58,155 bases of DNA from Hyphomonas sp. (GTDB taxonomy: Bacteria; Pseudomonadota; Alphaproteobacteria; Caulobacterales; Hyphomonadaceae). Under the pieces are notes generated by a model. That model had not been told where the DNA came from. It ran no database searches and was given only the letters and a program-made list of their open reading frames with translations. Each line of letters begins with the position of its first letter. Positions within the stretch are counted from its first letter, which is position 1. The stretch spans positions 1-58,155 of the forward strand of contig JBGSKI010000105.1 in assembly GCA_041741315.1 (NCBI GenBank). The letters are read 5' to 3'. Positions 54,711-58,155 of this stretch are shown piece after piece. The position numbers and the translations under genes are program-made.

Positions 54711-55514
54711 TTACTGTTGCTGAACCTGGACTGAAACCGACAGCGAATCGCTTTCGCCGCCATAGGTCACCCCGCTCACCGGCCCAGCTTCCTGATAATC
54801 CAGCCCCGTGGCAACACGAATGTACCGTTCGTCAGGCGAAACCCGGTTGGACGCATCGAACCCGGTCCACCCGAGTCCCTCGACCCAGACCTCTGCCCAG
54901 GCGTGGCCCGCCCCCTGCTCGATCCGGTCGGTCATCATCATGTAGCCCCCGGCATAGCGGGCCGGGAAACCAAGCAATCGCGCGGCGGAGGCAAAGATGT
55001 GGGCATGGTCCTGGCAAACCCCCTCGCCCAGCGCCAGCGAGTCCTCGGCCGTCGTTGTGGTGCCCGTGCTGAACGTGCGATAGGCGACCGTGTCGGCGAT
55101 CAGCCCCATAAGCGTGTGCAGCGTTTCGAGATTGCGCTCCGGCGCCTTGCCGAGCTTTGCGACGAGCGCGCGGATTCCCTTTCCGGCCTGCGTCAGCGGG
55201 GTCGACCGCTGATACAGCCAGAGGGGCGCGACCTGGCCTGCCGCACTGATCACTCCGAGCGTGTCGCGGGTCTCCACCTGGCCCTTGCAGGTGATCGACA
55301 CTTTCGTCGCCCCGGGAAGAATGGAAATCAGGTCCACCCTGTTGCCGTGTTGGTCGGAATACTGGACTTCGCTCTTTGCCCCATCGAGCGTCAGTTCCCA
55401 GTTCAGCACCGTCTGCGCTTCGGTGTCGCGGGGACGTTTGCGCACTTGCTCCAGAGCGTACAGCGCCGCGCGCTCGAACGTGTAGGTCGTGGTATGATCG
55501 ACGCGAAGCTTCAT
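54711..55514 (-). CDS. Bacterial transglutaminase-like cysteine enzyme
   Basis: H.T.Y N-domain, catalytic GVCQDHAH, HAWAEV, GFD..N, VATGLDY..A.PV.G. Confidence 0.93.
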   Translation of the reverse strand: MKLRVDHTTTYTFERAALYALEQVRKRPRDTEAQTVLNWELTLDGAKSEVQYSDQHGNRVDLISILPGATKVSITCKGQVETRDTLGVISAAGQVAPLWLYQRSTPLTQAGKGIRALVAKLGKAPERNLETLHTLMGLIADTVAYRTFSTGTTTTAEDSLALGEGVCQDHAHIFASAARLLGFPARYAGGYMMMTDRIEQGAGHAWAEVWVEGLGWTGFDASNRVSPDERYIRVATGLDYQEAGPVSGVTYGGESDSLSVSVQVQQQ

Positions 55515-55517
55515 GCC

Positions 55518-56459
55518 CTACTCGCTGAATCTGTAATCGGTTTCGATCTGGCGCGAGAAGCCGGCATTCTGGGCCATGAACCCGGACAGGAACTCGTGCA
55601 GACCGTTCTCCATCACCCGGCCGATGGTCAGGGATGTCAGCATGCTCTCGATCTGCGCGGCCAGATCGTGAGCCGGCGTGCGTAAGCCGTATTCCCGCGC
55701 CAGCGCCGACAGGTAATCCGTGATCGCATCATAGCAGAAGGCCAGGGACCGTGGCAGGCGGGTGTCGAAAATCAGGAATTCGGCAATCGCCACCGGGCTG
55801 GCATTGCCGCCATTCAGCCAGTGGAAGCTGCGTTCGGCCGAGGCGGAGCGAAGGATCATTTCCCACTGCACATTGTCCAGCGACGAGCCGATCGACGCCG
55901 TATGCGGCAGCAGGACAAAATACTTGGCATCCAGAATCCGCGCCGTGCTGTCGGCTCGCTCGACCAGTGTGCCAAGCTGCACGAAGGAATAGATGTCGTT
56001 GCGCAGCATCGTGCCGGTGATCGCGCCGCGAACCTGTGCCCCCTGCTGGCGGATCATCGTCAGCACTTCCGGCAGCGCCGATTCCGTCACCGGCCGGCGA
56101 AGGGCATCGCGTACACTCATCCAGGTATCGTTGATCGCCTCCCACACTTCGCGGGTCAGCGCCGTCCGTGTCATGCGGCCATTCTCGCGCGCCGCCTGCA
56201 GGACGCAGAGGACGCTGCCGGCATTCTCCTTGTCGCGCAACATGAAGTCCACGACCTTGTCGGCCTGATAGGCTTGGTGCCGGGCGAGGTAGGCATTGTT
56301 CACCCCGGCGGTCGAGATCACCGATCCCCACTCTTCCGAATCGGATGCCGCGCGCGTCAGCGCCATCCGGAAGCCTGCCTCGACGAGGCGCGCCATGTTC
56401 TCCGACCGTTCAAGATATCGTGCCATCCAGAAAAGGCCGGCGGCTGTACGTCCCAGCAT
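55518..56459 (-). CDS. Alpha-E domain protein
   Basis: MLGRTA..LFWMARYLERSEN.AR, AREN.R..R..L..EVWE..N, LG..VERAD.TARILD, PRSL..C. Confidence 0.95.
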   Translation of the reverse strand: MLGRTAAGLFWMARYLERSENMARLVEAGFRMALTRAASDSEEWGSVISTAGVNNAYLARHQAYQADKVVDFMLRDKENAGSVLCVLQAARENGRMTRTALTREVWEAINDTWMSVRDALRRPVTESALPEVLTMIRQQGAQVRGAITGTMLRNDIYSFVQLGTLVERADSTARILDAKYFVLLPHTASIGSSLDNVQWEMILRSASAERSFHWLNGGNASPVAIAEFLIFDTRLPRSLAFCYDAITDYLSALAREYGLRTPAHDLAAQIESMLTSLTIGRVMENGLHEFLSGFMAQNAGFSRQIETDYRFSE

Positions 56460-56462
56460 CGC

Positions 56463-57893
56463 CTAGTCCTCCTTCAGCACCCAGGTATCCTTGGTGCCGC
56501 CTCCCTGGCTTGAATTGACCACCAGCGAACCCTGTTTCATCGCCACCCGCGTCAGCCCGCCCGGCGTCACGTCGATCCCTTGGGGCGAGACCAGCACGAA
56601 CGGCCGCAAGTCGACATGGCGCGGGGCAAGGCCTGCCTTGGTCAGTACCGGGACGGTCGACAGGGCGAGCGTTGGCTGCGCGATATAGTTGGCCGGCTTG
56701 GCCTCCAGCTTTTCGCGGAACGTGCGGATCTCGGCCTTGCTGGCGGCCGGCCCGACCAGCATGCCGTAGCCGCCCGATCCGTGCACTTCCTTCACCACCA
56801 GTTCCGGCAAATGCTCCAGCACATAGGCCAGAGCCTCCTTCTCGGCACACCTCCAGGTTGGCACGTTCGGGAGCAATGGCTTTTGGCCGGTATAAAATTC
56901 GATGATTTCCGGCATGTAGGAATAGATCGCCTTGTCGTCGGCAATCCCTGTGCCCGGCGCATTCGCCAGTGTGATGCCGCCGGCCCGATAGACATCCATG
57001 ATGCCCGCGACGCCCAGCATCGAATCCGGCCGGAAGTTCAGCGGGTCGAGATAGTCATCGTCCAGGCGGCGATAGAGGACGTCGATCGGCTCGAACCCAC
57101 GGGTCGTGCGCATCGCAATCCGCCCGTCCACCACGCGCAGGTCATGTCCCTCGACGAGTTCCACGCCCATCTGGTCGGCAAGGAAGGCGTGCTCGAAATA
57201 AGCGGAGTTGTGGATGCCCGGTGTAAGCACGGCTACGGTCGGCCGCCCCTTGGCGCAACCCGGCGCGCAGCGCTCCAGCGAGCGCCGCAACTGCGTCGGG
57301 TATTGCTGAACCGGCTGGACCTTGATGCGCGAGAAGAGTTCCGGGAACATCTTCAGCATCGTCTCGCGGTTCTCGAGCATGTACGACACACCGCTTGGCG
57401 TGCGTGCATTGTCTTCCAGCACGAAGAACTGGTCCGGTCCCGTGCGCACGAGGTCGACACCGACAATGTGGGTGTAGATGCCGCCCGGCGGATCGAACCC
57501 GATCATCTTGGGTTCGAAGGCAGCGTTCTCGCGGATCAGGCGCTCCGGCACCCTGCCTGCGCGAAGGATCTCCTGCCGGTGGTAGAGATCGTACAGGAAG
57601 GCATTGATTGCCTTCACCCGTTGTTCGATGCCTCGCACCAGCGTCGTCCATTCCGACGCCCCGATGATCCGGGGGATCAGGTCGAACGGGATCAGCCGCT
57701 CGTCGGCTTCAGCTTCGCCGTAGACATTGAACGTAATCCCGGTCCGCCGGAAGAAGGCCTGCGCTTCCAGAGACTTTTTCAGGAGCGCCGGACGGCTCGT
57801 TTCCGACAGCCATCCATCATAGGACGCATACGGGGCGCGGGTGTCGCCCGCGAACCCTCCCATCTCGTCAAAAAACTGTGGTGCCTCACCCAT
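56463..57893 (-). CDS. Circularly permuted type 2 ATP-grasp peptide ligase
   Basis: GITFNVYG, ERLIPFDLIPRII, VLEDNARTPSGVSYMLENR, LTPG.HNSAYFEH, ANAPG.GIADDK, SGGYGML.GP, PRHVDLRPF, SLVVNSSQGGGTKDTWV. Confidence 0.96.
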   Translation of the reverse strand: MGEAPQFFDEMGGFAGDTRAPYASYDGWLSETSRPALLKKSLEAQAFFRRTGITFNVYGEAEADERLIPFDLIPRIIGASEWTTLVRGIEQRVKAINAFLYDLYHRQEILRAGRVPERLIRENAAFEPKMIGFDPPGGIYTHIVGVDLVRTGPDQFFVLEDNARTPSGVSYMLENRETMLKMFPELFSRIKVQPVQQYPTQLRRSLERCAPGCAKGRPTVAVLTPGIHNSAYFEHAFLADQMGVELVEGHDLRVVDGRIAMRTTRGFEPIDVLYRRLDDDYLDPLNFRPDSMLGVAGIMDVYRAGGITLANAPGTGIADDKAIYSYMPEIIEFYTGQKPLLPNVPTWRCAEKEALAYVLEHLPELVVKEVHGSGGYGMLVGPAASKAEIRTFREKLEAKPANYIAQPTLALSTVPVLTKAGLAPRHVDLRPFVLVSPQGIDVTPGGLTRVAMKQGSLVVNSSQGGGTKDTWVLKED

Positions 57894-57995
57894 GTCTCAT
57901 CCTTCGCCCGGACACGGAGATCGATCAAGGGCCGACCTGCGCTCGATTGAACGGCCGCAGGGACCGGTCAAAACTGCGCGTGTCGCTATCAACAC

Positions 57996-58012
57996 TGCCC
58001 AAATCGCGGGCA
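57996..58012. promoter_or_regulatory. 17-bp palindrome TGCCC-N7-GGGCA (NtrC-like site) upstream of the Anbu operon
   Basis: TGC-N11-GCA geometry, about 100 nt upstream of ATG 57893. Confidence 0.4.
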
Positions 58013-58018
58013 TTCCGC

Positions 58019-58155
58019 CTAGGTTGTGGACTCATAATCTCTGAGCCAAAGGCGTGTTGAAGCAAGGAGGACGCTTGCCAGGAAGTTCCGCGCAAGCTTG
58101 TCGAACCTGGTGGCGACGCGCCTGAAGTGCTTCAGCCTGCAGAAGTAGCGTTCGA
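58019..58155 (-). mobile_element. End of an IS5-family (IS427-group-like) element with the transposase C-terminus
   Basis: Manual translation ERYFCRLKHFRRVATRFDKLARNFLASVLLASTRLWLRDYESTT*. The stop falls in a CTAG at 58019-58022 abutting the putative terminal repeat GGTTGTGGACTCA. Confidence 0.9.

Noticed and set aside
51465-57950. Long opposite-strand ORFs (458, 432 and 456 aa)
   Set aside because: Shadow frames of the peptide-ligase operon genes.

Overview
GC-rich alphaproteobacterial chromosome segment. A Hyphomonadaceae/Caulobacterales-like origin is my inference from gene content. From left to right: (1) partial dusA and a DedA-family gene. (2) A complete ~33 kb single-cluster flagellar locus of the FlaF/FlbT type (1674-34461). 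It has CtrA-like boxes at four of its promoter regions and an unusually large flagellin with a triplicated internal domain. (3) A cytochrome c5 / Tat FAD oxidase / Tat PLP enzyme trio resembling Pseudomonas sphBCD. (4) The main candidate for an undescribed system (38400-50722). An ECF sigma factor of the kinase-activated type is transcribed divergently from a tightly coupled 10-gene operon: 3-TM protein, SPFH/coiled-coil/Zn-ribbon protein, Zn-ribbon/FHA protein, Zn-ribbon Ser/Thr receptor kinase, two lipoproteins, three tandem cytoplasmic papain-like (C1) peptidases and a second TM-TPR Ser/Thr kinase. The receptor kinase and both lipoproteins share an unrecognised ~95-aa His/Cys extracytoplasmic domain (4 copies). 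(5) Two predicted peptide-ligase operons joined tail to tail: aspartyl-type peptidase / 7TM inactive transglutaminase / ATP-grasp, and circularly permuted ATP-grasp / alpha-E / transglutaminase / Anbu. (6) The end of an IS5-family element at the right edge. I saw no rRNA, tRNA or CRISPR array. All calls come from motif recognition by eye; no database searches were run.
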